Made by a program: the position numbers and the translations under genes. Positions 13,286 through 25,604 of a stretch of 64,000 nucleotides of DNA are shown in pieces. The stretch's first letter is position 1, and each line of letters starts with the position of its first letter. Under the pieces are notes generated by a model. That model was given only the letters and a program-made list of their open reading frames with translations. It made no database searches and was not told the DNA's origin. This DNA comes from Octopus sinensis (taxonomy: Eukaryota). The DNA lies in NCBI RefSeq assembly GCF_006345805.1, contig NC_042999.1, positions 3,658,001-3,722,000 on the forward strand, given 5' to 3'.

Positions 13286-13944
13286 AGGGTAGGAAGAGAT
13301 GAATAAGAAAAAGAAAATTGAAATTTTGAAAGATTTAAGGACAGATTCAATCTGTAAGCAATCAAAAGTTAAGGACTTGGAATAATAAATAACCCTTTTG
13401 AAGAATTAAGGTATTGAAGAATAATATTGGAAGAAATAATGATTAAAGTTAGAAAAGTAAGAAACAAGTTGTCATTTACTGAAAATGAAAGAGGCTGGAA
13501 CTGTGTGAAAGATGACTGCCAAGCAGTTAATTGGTTTGCTATAAGAGAAATGGTGAAGTTGTGGAATGGACAGAAAGTGAAAAGTATTAAAAAGAGTTCA
13601 TGATTAGTGAAAAGGCATTGATGAGATTTTAAAGAAAATTCTGAGCCAGGATATTGATGGTATTGAAAATAATTGGTAGAAGAAATTTATATATGTATAT
13701 ATATACACATATATACATATACATTGCAAATCAACAGCAAAAGATACTGGGTAAATACCAATAGCTTGCCTTTGAAATTCTTGAAAGAAGGGAGTGCGGA
13801 CGGGGGCAAAACATGCAGATCGTGATTAACTTTTTAGGTAAAGGAATGACTGAAGTTGAAAGACAAATAGGTTAATTAAAACAGGGTAAAGCAACTGAAG
13901 AAGTAATTATATATACACAGATACATACTAGTGTGTATGCGAAA

Positions 13945-14170
13945 GTGAGCTGGCAGACTCGTTAGCACACCAGGCGAAATGCTTGGTGGTATTTCATCTG
14001 CCGTTACATTCTGAGTTCAAATCCTACCAAGGTTGACTTTGCCTTTCATCCTTTCGGGGTCGATTAATTAAGTACCAGTTACGTACTGGGGATGATGTAA
14101 TCGACTTAATCCCTTTGTGCTTGTTTGTCCCCTCTATGTTTAGCCCCTTGTGGGCAATAAAGAAATAAAT
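13945..14170 (+). mobile_element. Family B SINE
   Basis: gagctggcagac...gcctttcatcctttcggggtcga...gggcaataaagaaata tail. Confidence 0.85.
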
Positions 14171-14834
14171 ATTAAATCTCTTCTCCACAATATTCTCCCA
14201 ATAGCTCCTCCTCTTACCTCTGCCCACTCATTACATTTCCCCCTCCATCTACCATTCTACCAATCTTGTCGAACCAATGACTCAGTCACACTCTCTGAGC
14301 CCCCGCCCCTCGCCACCGTTCACTCAGCCTTGCCTCATCCCTGATATATCTTCAACATCCCCTTCCTATCACCAAGCCTCACATTTCCAAACAAGATAAT
14401 ATTTTCACCATGGCCAACCTTGTTTCTTGTAAAAGACCGAAAATGAAGGAAACCACTGCTTTCATTACAGCAGCACTCATTTACAACTATCATGTGACGT
14501 CAAATGTCAAAGCAAGGAGACACACATGTACACACATGTGGTGTCTTCAGTTTCTGTACATCAAATCCACTCACTAAGCATTTCACCAAGGTGCTATGCA
14601 ATGAGATTGAACTTGAAACCATATGATTGGGAAGTAAACTTCTTAACCACACAGCCTCCACTAGCTTGTAATATATATAAGGTGCAGGCGAGGGTGTGTG
14701 GCAAGAAGTTTGCTTCCCAGCCACATGGTTCCAGGTTCCATCATACCACATGGCAGCTAGGTCAATTGTCTTCCACTATGGCCTCAGGCCAACCTCAGCT
14801 TTGTCAACGGATTTAATAGATGAAAATTAAAAGA

Positions 14835-15065
14835 AAACCTATTTCTTTACTACCCACAAAGGGGCTAAACACAGAGAGGACAAACAAGGATAGACAAACG
14901 GATTATGTCGATAAAATCGACCCCAGTGCGTAACTGGTACTTATTTAATCGACTCCGAAAGGATAAAAAGCAAAGTAGATCTCAGCGGAGTTTGAACTCA
15001 GAACGGCAGATGAAATACTGCTTAGCATTTCGCCTGACATGCTAACGATTCTGCCAGCTCGCCAT
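14835..15065 (-). mobile_element. Family B SINE
   Basis: Reverse-complement match to family B. Confidence 0.8.
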
Positions 15066-16131
15066 CATGTATGTGTGTTTGTGTGTGGTCAATCAATGTT
15101 GTGTGTTTATGACCTTGTAACTTAGCAGTTCAATAAAAGAGACTGATAGAATAGGTACCACAAAAAAGCAAGTACTGAGATCGATTTGTTCAACTAGAAT
15201 TCTTCAAGTCGGTGCTGTAGCATGGCTTCAGTCTAATAATTGAAACACGTAAAAGATGTGTGTGTGTATCTGTGTGAACACGCATGCACACATACACATA
15301 TACGTATACTAAATTTGAAATAGCAACATAATTTAAGCAGATACTGCACTTATTACAACAGATGTAGATGTAGTTCTTCAGAAATAACTTAGTAAAAATA
15401 AAATCTACAGTCATAAGAAACGTAACACATCACAAAACTCAGTAATTGTCAAACAAAATTTCATTATTTACTCACAAAACAGGTTTATGGTTCACTGGTT
15501 CCTTTAATATATCTGATACGAGTTTTAAAAATTTTTATTTAATAGAATTTACTATGGAAATATTCAATTTAGTCAGCTGAGCTAGAAGAATACTGGACTT
15601 AATATTTAATTGTATCTAGTTAGGTAACTCACAATATTAAATTTAAATTCTACAAGAGATGATAAATATATGTACAACAATATTGTGCTGATTTAGTTAA
15701 TTAACTGTAATATAATTGAATTAGTTTATTGTCATATTGTAGTAACCAGATACATTTACTGAATTTTCGCTTGTTAGAAGTTAAATGTTAAAAACATGTT
15801 TATCTAAATGGTTTGCTAGCTGTTGAAACGTGTGTGTGTGAGTTGTGGAGGTATGTGTTTTCTTTTGAAACAACTTCATGTCAGTTATTGTGAACATTTA
15901 ACATCAGAAAAGACAGAAATTTTCTTTTCCATTGCTGGTTTTTGAAAATGAGTTGTTTTAGGAGAAAAATAATCTAATCTAATTACTGTACAAGTGAGTG
16001 CTGAAAAGTTCTTGACTTTAAGGGTGTCGCGAAAGGCCTGGTTAGAGGACCAACCTTCAGAGTTTTTTTTACAGGTCTTAGAAAAACTGAAGGACCACTA
16101 CAATAAGTGTGTGAATCTGACAGGTAAATAC

Positions 16132-16368
16132 ATCATCATCATCATCGTTTAACGTCCATTTTCCATGCTAGCATGGGTTGGACGGTTCGACCGGGGTCTG
16201 TGAAGCCAGGAGGCTGCACCAGGCTCCAGTCTGATCTGGCAGTGTTTCTACAGCTGATGCCCTTCCTAATGCCAACCACTCCATGAGTGTAGTGGGTCTT
16301 TTTACGTGCCACCAGCACAGGTGCCATGCGAGGCTGGCAACGGCCACGATCGGTTGGTGCTTTCTACA
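16132..16368 (-). mobile_element. Family C repeat
   Basis: (cat)n cgtttaacgtcc...gatgcccttcctaatgcc. Confidence 0.8.
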
Positions 16369-17439
16369 AAATTTTATTTGGATAAAGTTTGAGGGATTGC
16401 TATATAAGGGAGGCCACTAAGATATTGGTAGGCAGAGAAGATATCATGGTATGGTTATTGACATACCATTTATGGTAATTAAGAAGGTGTTTCTGCATGT
16501 GAGAGCATGAAAAAATTAATTCTGTGAGTTTATTCAGCAAATGATATGGCATTAGTGAAATTAGGCAGGTGATAATGATGACCAGCATGGCCGCAGTCAC
16601 ATGACTGAAACAAGTAAAACAATAAAAAAATACCATGTCTACTGACAAATATACAAACTCCCATTTTTCTAAATTTATGGATTCTTATATAAGAACGAGC
16701 AAAACGCTCTCTGTCCAATGGACGGTGCTGAGTTGCCAAATATTTAAACCAAATTTTCTCAAAACAACTTGTCCGAACGTCCCATAGCCCACACCCCTTT
16801 GAGAAACACTGATTTAACCTAAATTTGAGACACCAGCAAAAGAAGAAATAAAGATAGACTGTTTTTCTATTCCGAAGAAAAACGATTTTATTCACACAAA
16901 TATGCAACCGAAGAGTTTAAAGTACCAGTAATGATAAGGCTGTTGACTGGGAGAACACAAACATGGTTTAAACAGTAAGCTTGGCAGGAAAGAAATGTGC
17001 CTTTAAGCAGTACAAAAACAGCAAAAAATGGAAGGTGCAGTTAGGTACATGTTGTCAGAAGAAAAGCAGGACAAAAACGGCTTTATAGATCGCATTCTCA
17101 CCTGGATTCGATTTTTTCAAGACTTATACATGCCCTGATGCCGTCGGTATCTACATATCAAATTTGAACGCAATCGGATGGAGGATGCCCGACAGCCGAG
17201 AAGACAGACACACACAAACCGACGGAAGGTATTTTATATAAGAGACACACACACATATACGTGTGTGTGTGTGAATAAAATCACTGTTATATTAAAAGCC
17301 ATTAATGATTTCATAGTCTCAAATATAAGGTCAAATCGGAGGAGTTCAATAGCTGGGTTAGCAAAATAACTTATAGGGTAGCTAAACATTTAAAGAAATA
17401 TAAGGGGATAGGGAAAGATTCAGTTTGGAATAAACCACT

Positions 17440-17632
17440 TCGCATCCGCTGGCAGGACAAAGTCCCAGACACGGAAGTTCTGAAGCAGGCAGATCTCCCT
17501 AGCACCATCACAATCATGCGCAAGGCCCAGCTGAGATGGGCAGGTCACGTCTTCCGCATGTCCGACACTCGCATCCCAAAACAGCTCCTCTACGGTGAAC
17601 TCAGCCAGGGCAAACGCAAAGTCGGAGGGCAG
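17440..17632 (+). mobile_element. Internal fragment of an RTE-clade LINE ORF
   Basis: Translates LRIRWQDKVPDTEVLKQADLPSTITIMRKAQLRWAGHVFRMSDTRIPKQLLYGELSQGKRKVGGQK, typical of the RTE C-terminal region; GC-rich island; flanked by AAACCACT direct repeats. Confidence 0.9.
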
Positions 17633-18288
17633 AAACCACTAGTTAAAGAATATTTATAATGAATTACATAAAAAGTATGTAATAGTACAAGCAGATAAAG
17701 CTGCAGGGAATTTTGTAGTAATTTGTAAAAAAATATTATATGATGGTTGTAGGTTAAGAGTTAGGAGTGTATAAGGAATTTAAGTTTATAGGTAATAACA
17801 TATACAAAGTTATACCAGTAAACGTTAATGGGTTAATAGACTTAAACCCACAGGAGAAAGATTGAGTGGTTAAGAAATGGAGAAAAAGGGTAAAAATATC
17901 CTTAAACCTTTTTTGCATTCTTAAGCTACATAAAGTTTCTTTTAAAAGTAGATTCATAGCAGGAGCTGGTAACAGTACTATATTGGTTAATGGTGCTTTA
18001 AAAGTTGTTAGAACATATTTTAAAACATATTGTAAGAAAATACATAACAGTCCAGGAATTAATTATTTTTGGAGTATTAGATCAATTAAGGAATTTCTAG
18101 AAAGATTGGTCAAATGTAAGAAAGTTAATAGTACGTATGTGTATGATTTTTCGACACTATATACAAACTTAAATCCTAAATGCGTGCAAGATGGTATTTT
18201 CTGAATATTAGATATTTTTAATAAAGGATATAAATGTATATCTTTAAAGAATGGTAAAGGTTTCTTGTCTAATTGTTGTTATAAGTGA

Positions 18289-18674
18289 CTAGCATTATCG
18301 CCCGGCGTTGCTCGGGTTGTAAGGGAAATAACTATATAAGCATTTTTAGAGAGTTATAGCCAAAAAATGCATTAAAAATGGAAAAAAAATGGTAATTTTT
18401 TTTTTAAATCGTTGACTCATCGTAGACATTTTTAGAGAGTTACTTCCCTTATATAATAGCGAAAAAATGCATTAAAATGGAAAAAAATGATGGTAAATTT
18501 TTTTTTAAATCGTAGACTCATCGTAGACGCGCGCTAATACCCAGAAGGGCTCGATATGAATCACGACTATAAGATACCCGGTTTTGGTTAAACTGCACCG
18601 CAAAATGTGGGAGTAGTTAGGAATCTAAATCGTAGGAGACAGACAGCACACAACCTCTCTTTTATATATAAAGA
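18289..18674 (-). mobile_element. Non-autonomous Helitron, copy 2 (inserted in the Penelope RT)
   Basis: A|TC...hairpin...CTAG|T; splits the RT between the DFSTLYT and GIPMG motifs. Confidence 0.9.
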
Positions 18675-19118
18675 TAATTCGTGTGTTGTTTGCGTGTAGG
18701 GTGTTGGGGGAATTCCAATGGGTGGTCATTGTAGCGCTCTGTTGGCAGACCTTCATCTTTCTTCATGCGAATAGCTTTTTCTTAAAGACCTACATGCGAG
18801 GAAAAATATTGGTTCACTTAAAACAACTTAACGGATGCTGCAGATACATAGATGATGTATTTATACCAAATTATTGTTTCTTTGAATTTTTACTCAGAAG
18901 AATTATACCCTAGTCAGCTTTTAGCCACCAGAAATGGTAACAATATAAGGAATATTATTTAGATGTCAATTTAGTAATTAAGGATAATAATAAAATATGT
19001 ACTGACGTTTATAATAAAACAGAAGATTTTGCTTTCCAAGTGTCTTCAATGCCATGGTTCAGTGGTAGAATTCCTTTTATTGGTTATGGTGTTTTTGCAG
19101 GGCAAATAGTCAGATATA

Positions 19119-19330
19119 TTTCGTTTTGGGATTTGGTTTGCAGGATTCTTTATGAGTTCGTATGTTGAAGCATATTCTGTTGTGTCTGGCGAAGAATCAT
19201 TCTCTTTTTGTGCCTTATAATTTAACACACTCACCGGTGAAATTTCCACTTATTTCTTATTTTTATTTTCCTAAAATTTTCGTTGCGTCTTGCAACCTTT
19301 TCAATAGTCTTGACTCTGTCCGTTATTTAC
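19119..19330. mobile_element. 212-bp unclassified insertion with an 8-bp direct repeat
   Basis: CAGATATA at 19111-19118 and 19331-19338; its left end recurs at about 44070-44150. Confidence 0.55.
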
Positions 19331-20178
19331 CAGATATAGTACTTATTATTAATGATGCTAATAAATGTTTGTATAGAATAAATAAACTGCTAAGACATTT
19401 AATAAAACAAAGGTACAAATATGGTAAATTGGTTAAAACTTTCAATCGCTGTTCAGGTGGGAGACTTGAAATTTTAAATAAATATGGACCAGTAATCAAG
19501 TCTTCCATTCAGATAAATATTTGTAAAAATTTGGAAATGCTTATGATTAAAGTTATTTGCTTATTACGTCACCCAATATTGTTTAAGACAATTAAGGAGG
19601 TAATAATTATGTATTACGTCATCTATAGTAAAGATAATCTTTTAAGTTCGGCAAGGGATGATCCACGTAGTTTGAAAAAATATGTAAGTGTTAATAGTTT
19701 GTAGTTTTATTAACTTTTAAACAGTTTTCATTTGGCTCTAATCGTAGCAAAATTTTTATAATAATAGAGGTAAAAAAAACATTCTGTGTCGTATGAATAT
19801 GTCCCTCGTTTAAGAAACAGATTGGGTTTATTTACATTTCTGAAGAAAAAAAAAAGGGCACTATATATATATATATGTATACACATGTATATATATATAC
19901 ATGTATATATATATATATATATATGTATGTATACACATGTATATATCAACAATTGAGGGTAAAATTAATTAATCAATTTCACCAAGTGTTCAGTATGTAA
20001 AAGGACCATTTAAGGCGAATTCAAAATATTACATTATATAATTAGGGCTTAGTAAAATAAATTACTTTGCCACATACTGAACTAAGTAGAAATAGCAGCC
20101 AAAAAATTTTTTTTATGTATATATATATATATATAGCAATAATAATTCTCTAAATGAGATATAGACAGTAACTGCTCC

Positions 20179-20421
20179 ATAACATAAGGGACTAAAGCCA
20201 TCTGAATATGGCTAGGGACAGGGCAGGGTGGTGGGGGTGTTACTGTTGCATTTAGCCCCAGGCGAACATCAACGTCGCCAGATAGGCTTGACAAAGGACG
20301 CCGTGATGGTGTCAAGCCTATCTGGCGACGTTGATGTTCGCCTGGGGCTAAATGCAACAGTAACACCCCCACCACCCTGCCCTGTCCCTAGCCATATTCA
20401 GATGGCTTTAGTCCCTTATGT

Positions 20422-20424
<3 letters not shown>
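20179..20424. repeat. Perfect long palindrome (115-bp arms, 16-nt loop)
   Basis: 20179-20293 is the exact reverse complement of 20310-20424; the mirror ORFs 20082..20375 and 20228..20458 reflect this. Confidence 0.95.
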
Positions 20425-20456
<32 letters not shown>

Positions 20457-21261
20457 AGACACATCTTTAATTAAACTATTGACCGCCTTAAAACGGATTT
20501 CAACAGACAAATATTACTATAATGGATAATATAAGCATATAACTACTTATACACACATACAATAAATACACACACACATTAGTCAGACATATAGCCACAT
20601 ATACATACACACGTGTGTATTATTGGTGTATGTGATCGTGGTGGTGGTCATTTGTGCAGATTTGGTGTGATTTCTTTTTTAAAAACAATAATAAATGGCG
20701 TAAATTAACGAAGGTATAAACCTGACGTAAATACACGAAGTTGACGTCAGATTTTTCTACTTTCACTTCTGACAGCTAATAGCATGACAGTGCCAAAAAA
20801 AGATACCCTTCCCCCCACCTCTAACCCTAACGCTAACCCTAAAACAGATAGAAATGCAATAGATCGATACTAGGGTCATAATTATGGGTGACAATTTCAT
20901 ATGACACCGCTAGAATAAACTGCCGTTCAAACCGAAAAGATCCAAGTTTTATAATAATAGTTAATTACAAGTATACTTTTATTAGTTCCTACTTATAAAT
21001 TTATTGTTCTTATTAGTTTCTGGTACTTGTACATTATAGCTTGTAAGGGTAATATTTATTAAGGGTATGTAGTGTTTTATTATTAACTTTTGAATGATGA
21101 AATAACGTATTTCACTCATAATTATTATATTTTTCATTAATTTCAACCGTGTTTTTGTTTTGAAGAGAATTGAAATAAAGCTTTCACTTTCTGTTATAGT
21201 AGTAGTAACTATGGAAGCCTGGTGGGATTATTATTTGTATGGACTTAAAGATTAGTCGCTA

Positions 21262-21562
21262 TCTATATATATAAAAGAAAAATTGTGTGGTGTCTGTCTC
21301 CTACGATTTAGATTCCTAACTACTCCCACATTTTGCGGTGCAGTTTAACCAAAACCGGGTATCTTATAGTCGTGATTCATATCGAACCCTTCTGGGTGTT
21401 AGCGCGCGTCTACGATGAGTCTACGATTTAAACAAAAATTTACCATCATTTTTTCCCATTTTTAATGCATTTTTTGCTATTATATAAGGGAAGTAACTCT
21501 CTAAAAATGCTTATATAGATATTCCCCTTACAAACCCGAGCAACGACGGGCGATACTGCTAG
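21262..21562 (+). mobile_element. Non-autonomous Helitron, copy 3 (shortest)
   Basis: A|TCTATATATATAAAAG...ACCCGAGCAACGACGGG...CTAG|T. Confidence 0.9.
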
Positions 21563-22869
21563 TTTAATATATAATCTAGTTATTGTAGGTTTACTATTAA
21601 TACCGATACAGATGTACGTAGATTTATATGTCTCTTGTTGCCGTTTAATTTTAAAGTTAGTGTTTAATCCTACCTTTATTTAGACTGAATATTGTTGTAC
21701 ATAGGGTAAATGTGTTTGAAAGTTGTGTGTTTTGTTTTTGGTATGTTTGTTCCCAAACAGCACTTTTAGTGCTGTTGACACCGGCAGATTGAATGGTACT
21801 GCCAAGGTGTCGAAACCATAATGATATCCATGGGGCAGCTGATGATGGGGGTATGTTTGATTGTTGGTGTGGCAGTTTGTGTATCTGTGGAACAGTATTA
21901 TAACACATCCTTTTGATATTTGTCTACTTATTAAGGAAATTTTGCTACTCCTCTTAATTCTGTTAAGAACCTCTTGGCAGCTTCTAAGAGGGTATTAATC
22001 CCACAAGCTTGAACATGATGCACATTTCACTGCTTGATTTATTTTATGACTTACCAAAACATTTATTCATAACCACACTGTATTAACACTCAAGTTATTA
22101 ATGCAACACCCCAGCTATCAGCTATCTGCCACAATGGTAATTCGCATCCAGTATCCTAATCTAAAATAGACACTCAACTAAAATTGACTCATTTTTTTTT
22201 CCATTTCTACAATTGCTAATGGGGAAGACACTTGGTTAGGGTATGGAGTTTATAATCATAAGGTTGTGGGTCGAATTCTTGAACTTTATGGCACATGTTC
22301 TTGAACAAGGTACATCATCTCACATCACTCCAGTTTACTGGTGCAGCTTTCTCACACTCAAGCTGTCATATCATTGCTTACTTACTCATAAACACTGTTC
22401 GATTGTCAAAATTTCCTATCTGTTGCTTGTTGTATAAAATGTATACGGAAATAAAAACAATTTAAAACTATGTATTTTTATCTATAAAATGTTTCTTTAT
22501 TTCAATATTGTTTTCTCTTCTTTTACTTAATTCTTTCTTGAATATATTTTCCAATCAAACAAAATATTACTTATTCCGGGCATAAAACAATGGGTTATGC
22601 TCTGGTTCTTTTACAATTACTTCAATAAGTCTTGGTAAGTTAACATTATTGTCATGAATATCAATTATATCTCTTGAATCAGGAATTTTGAAGGTTTTAA
22701 TCTGAGTGAAACAACAGCAAAATAGCACTGCTTCCTTTTTTGTTTGTCTGGCTGTGCGGTAAGTGGCTTGCTTAGCAACCACATGGTTGCAGGTTCAGTC
22801 CCACTGCACAGCACCTTGGGCAAGTGTCTTCTTGCTATAGTCTCGGGTCGACCAAAGATTAAAGATGTG

Positions 22870-23290
22870 GCTGAGAAAAAGTTAGCTGATATCAATGACT
22901 GGACACCACCTGGATATATGAAAGGATCTACCTGTATCTTAATGAATTGCACCAGGTGTCAAAATGCTGACATCACAACTACTTTCGAATACTCTGCAAA
23001 CATTGTAAAGGTTGCAAGATATGACCTGGACATCATGAAAACCAGGTTTCCCCTAAATGTGGCGGTCTTTGGGTGTGTCTGTAGTAAGGATGAAATCATG
23101 CCACCCAACACCTTCAAACAGGGCCTTAGGCTCAATTCAGATGGCCACATGAAACTGCTGGAGGCTGTCGTCAAATTCTAGCTGGAGAGGGTCACTGCTG
23201 GAAAGCCATACATGTGGCAGCAGGATTCAGCTCCTTTTCTTACCTCAGAAGTGGTTGTCAAAGAATTTCTGACTTCACCAGCACCAATTT
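22870..23290 (+). mobile_element. Tc1/mariner transposase remnant, maT/DD37D-like
   Basis: VAVFGCVCSKDEIMPPNTFKQGLRLNSDGHMKLLEAVVKF*LERVTAGKPYMWQQDSAP matches the recalled DD37D signature (MPP..F..GLRLN...Y...W.QDSAP). Confidence 0.75.
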
Positions 23291-23911
23291 CTGGCCTTCT
23301 GGTCAAATTTGTCTTTTATCCTTTCAGGATTGATAAATTAAGTACCAGTTGCATACTAGGGTTGATCTAAATGACTGCCCCCAACTCCCCCAAAATTTCA
23401 GGCCTTGTGCCTATAGTAGAAAGGATCATTAAGGCAAAAAGCAGGCAGAATCATTAGCACATTAAACAAAATGCTTAGTGGTATTTCGTCCATCTTTACA
23501 TTCTGAGTTCAAATTCTGCCAAAGTTGATTTCATCTTTCATTCTTTTGGGGTCGATAAAATAGGTAACAGTCAAGTACAAGGGTTGATGTAATCAACTTC
23601 CACCTCCCACTCAATAACTATTGGCCTTGGGCCAAAATTTGAAGCCATTATTATTATTATTATTATTGCTTCCCAGCAATTTTATCAAAAGGTGAGTGAA
23701 TGTGGCAAGAATGATCTGAGTGAATGGGCCTACTCTGAGTATGCACCGGTAGATTGAAGGAAGACAATGTGGTGGAAAGGGCACTTACTCTAGTAGTCAG
23801 GGCAATTGTGGTTTTGTGGAGTTTCTACAAGCAGCCTTAGGAAGTCTCACTCTTTTGGAGAATTTTTCATTGCTAGAATTTATACTGTTCTTGTTTTTAC
23901 TATTTACACCA

Positions 23912-24616
23912 GGTTGAAGGGAGTGAGCTGGCAGAAATTGTAGCATGCCAGGTGAAATGCTTAGCGGTATTTTGAAGGCGGCGAGCTGGCAGAAACGTTA
24001 GCACGCCGGGCGAAATGCGTAGCCGTATTTCGTCTGCCGTTAGGTTCTGAGTTCAAATTCCGCCAAGGCCGACTTGGCCTTTCATCCTTTCGGGGTCGAT
24101 AAATTAAGTACCAGTTACGCACTGGGGTCGATGTAATCGACTTAAACCGTTTGTCCTTGTTTTTCCTCTCTGTGTTTAGCCCCTTGTGGGTAGTAAAGAA
24201 ATAGGTATTTTGAAGGCGGCGAGCTGGCAGAAACATTAGCATGCTGAGCGAAATGCTTAGCGGTATTTCATCTACCGCTACGTACTGAGTTCAAACTCTG
24301 CTGAGGTCGACTTTGCCTTTCATCCTTTCGGGGTCGATTAAATAAGTACCAGTTACGCACTGGGGTCGATATAATTGACTTAAGCCATTTGTCTGTCCTT
24401 GTTTGTCCTCTCTGTGTTTAGCCCCTTGTGGGTTGTAAAGAAATAGGTATTTCGTCTGTCTCTACATTCTGAGTTCAAATTCCGCTGAAGTCGACTTTGT
24501 CTTTCATCCTTTCGGGGGTCAATAAATTAAGTACCAGTTGCGTACTGGAGTCAATCTAATCGACTGAACCCCCTCTCTCAAAATTTTGGGCCTTGAGCCT
24601 AAAGTAGAAAAGAATA
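23912..24616 (+). mobile_element. Family B SINE carrying two nested family B copies (23974-24211, 24212-24452)
   Basis: Outer TSD tatttacacca at 23901-23911 and 24617-24627; inner junctions ggtatttt / ggtatttt / ggtattt. Confidence 0.85.
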
Positions 24617-25604
24617 TATTTACACCAAATTGATGGTGACTAAGAGCATACAAATATAAATTGCATGATAATCAAATTTACAGTTCTGTGTTCAAACTAT
24701 CATTTTTCTCTTGGCCTTATGTTTTTTTATGGCTTATTTTGTTTTTTTTTTAATCAACCAAATTAGTACCAACATTCCTCTTAGTATTTCTTTTATAAAT
24801 CAAAGAAGGTTTGCAATGGGAAATTTATTCCTGAAAGATTATGAAAGACACTAAATTCCTCATGAATTATGCAAAGCCATTTGTTTGTTTCTGTGAGAAA
24901 ATATGGCAATAATAAATAGCTCAATACTTCTATAAATCCAAAATTTCTTAGAAAAAGAAACAAAAAATAAATTGCAATAAAAATGAATAGCAAATAAAAA
25001 ATAAGCCTGTAATATGAATTATTAATACAGGGTCGGCGTGGCAGAAATAAAGTATAGGATTATCTTAGCATATTTAGCATTCTCCATACGGTCGACTTTG
25101 TTTTTAATTCCTCTGGGGTTAAACTATAAGCACCACCTGTTATATATGAGGAGCAGTATTGTTCATAGTGTCTCTTCCTCTGGAAATTATTTTTGGCTTT
25201 GTGCCAATCTGAGAAATCATTATTAATAATATTAGTTTTGGTGTAACACTAAGTTCCTGTTCTATTGAATAATGTAGTTCTTCCAATTCCCAATAGGAAT
25301 TCTTCCATTCATTGTACTAATGTTATTTGAGGGGACAAAAACAAAAATAAAATAAAAAACCATCTTCCCTAGAAAGCATGTTATCCATGCTTAATCTAGA
25401 AATTCTCACCGTTTTTGTGCATGGAAGTGTTTCGTTGTGTTGCTTGATACTTTCAAACAGGTTGTGTCAGCCATGGGGTTTCAATTCCCAGTTGAAACTG
25501 CTTCACTTAATTTACTAATGAACTGGTAAAAGCAACATCTCAAGACTTAAAGCTTTTTGAGCGAACCATTCATCTTATTGAAGAAACAAAGTCATAGACT
25601 GGTA

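Larger units (their letters stand above)
17260..19700 (+). mobile_element. Degenerate Penelope-like retroelement RT (probably Naiad-type, C-terminal RT), 5'-truncated, three nested insertions
   Basis: Translated motifs in order: ELHKKYVIVQADKAAGNFVVICKK; ILKLHKVSFKSRFIAG; YCKKIHNSPGINYFWSI; YDFSTLYT; GIPMGGHCSALLADL; RYIDD; YLDV...VYNKTEDF; GQIVRY; LIKQRYKYGKLVKTF. Multiple stops and frameshifts; no endonuclease after the RT. Confidence 0.85.

Noticed and set aside
18202-18288. In-frame TGA codons in the Penelope RT as possible selenocysteine (reported for some Naiads)
   Set aside because: The element also has TAA/TAG stops and frameshifts; TGG-to-TGA decay is sufficient and no SECIS was identified.
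20820-20845. Telomere-like (TAACCC)n motif
   Set aside because: Only about three imperfect units; too short for an interstitial telomere and common inside non-autonomous DNA elements.
21600-22100. Possible second Penelope fragment on the minus strand (HLPYVQQYS-like); similar hints at 58560-58780 and 5140-5420
   Set aside because: Motif evidence is too weak to call without a homology search.
23912-24616. Tandem ~240-bp units resembling a CRISPR-like or satellite array
   Set aside because: No spacer structure; explained by nested SINEs with TSDs in a eukaryotic genome.
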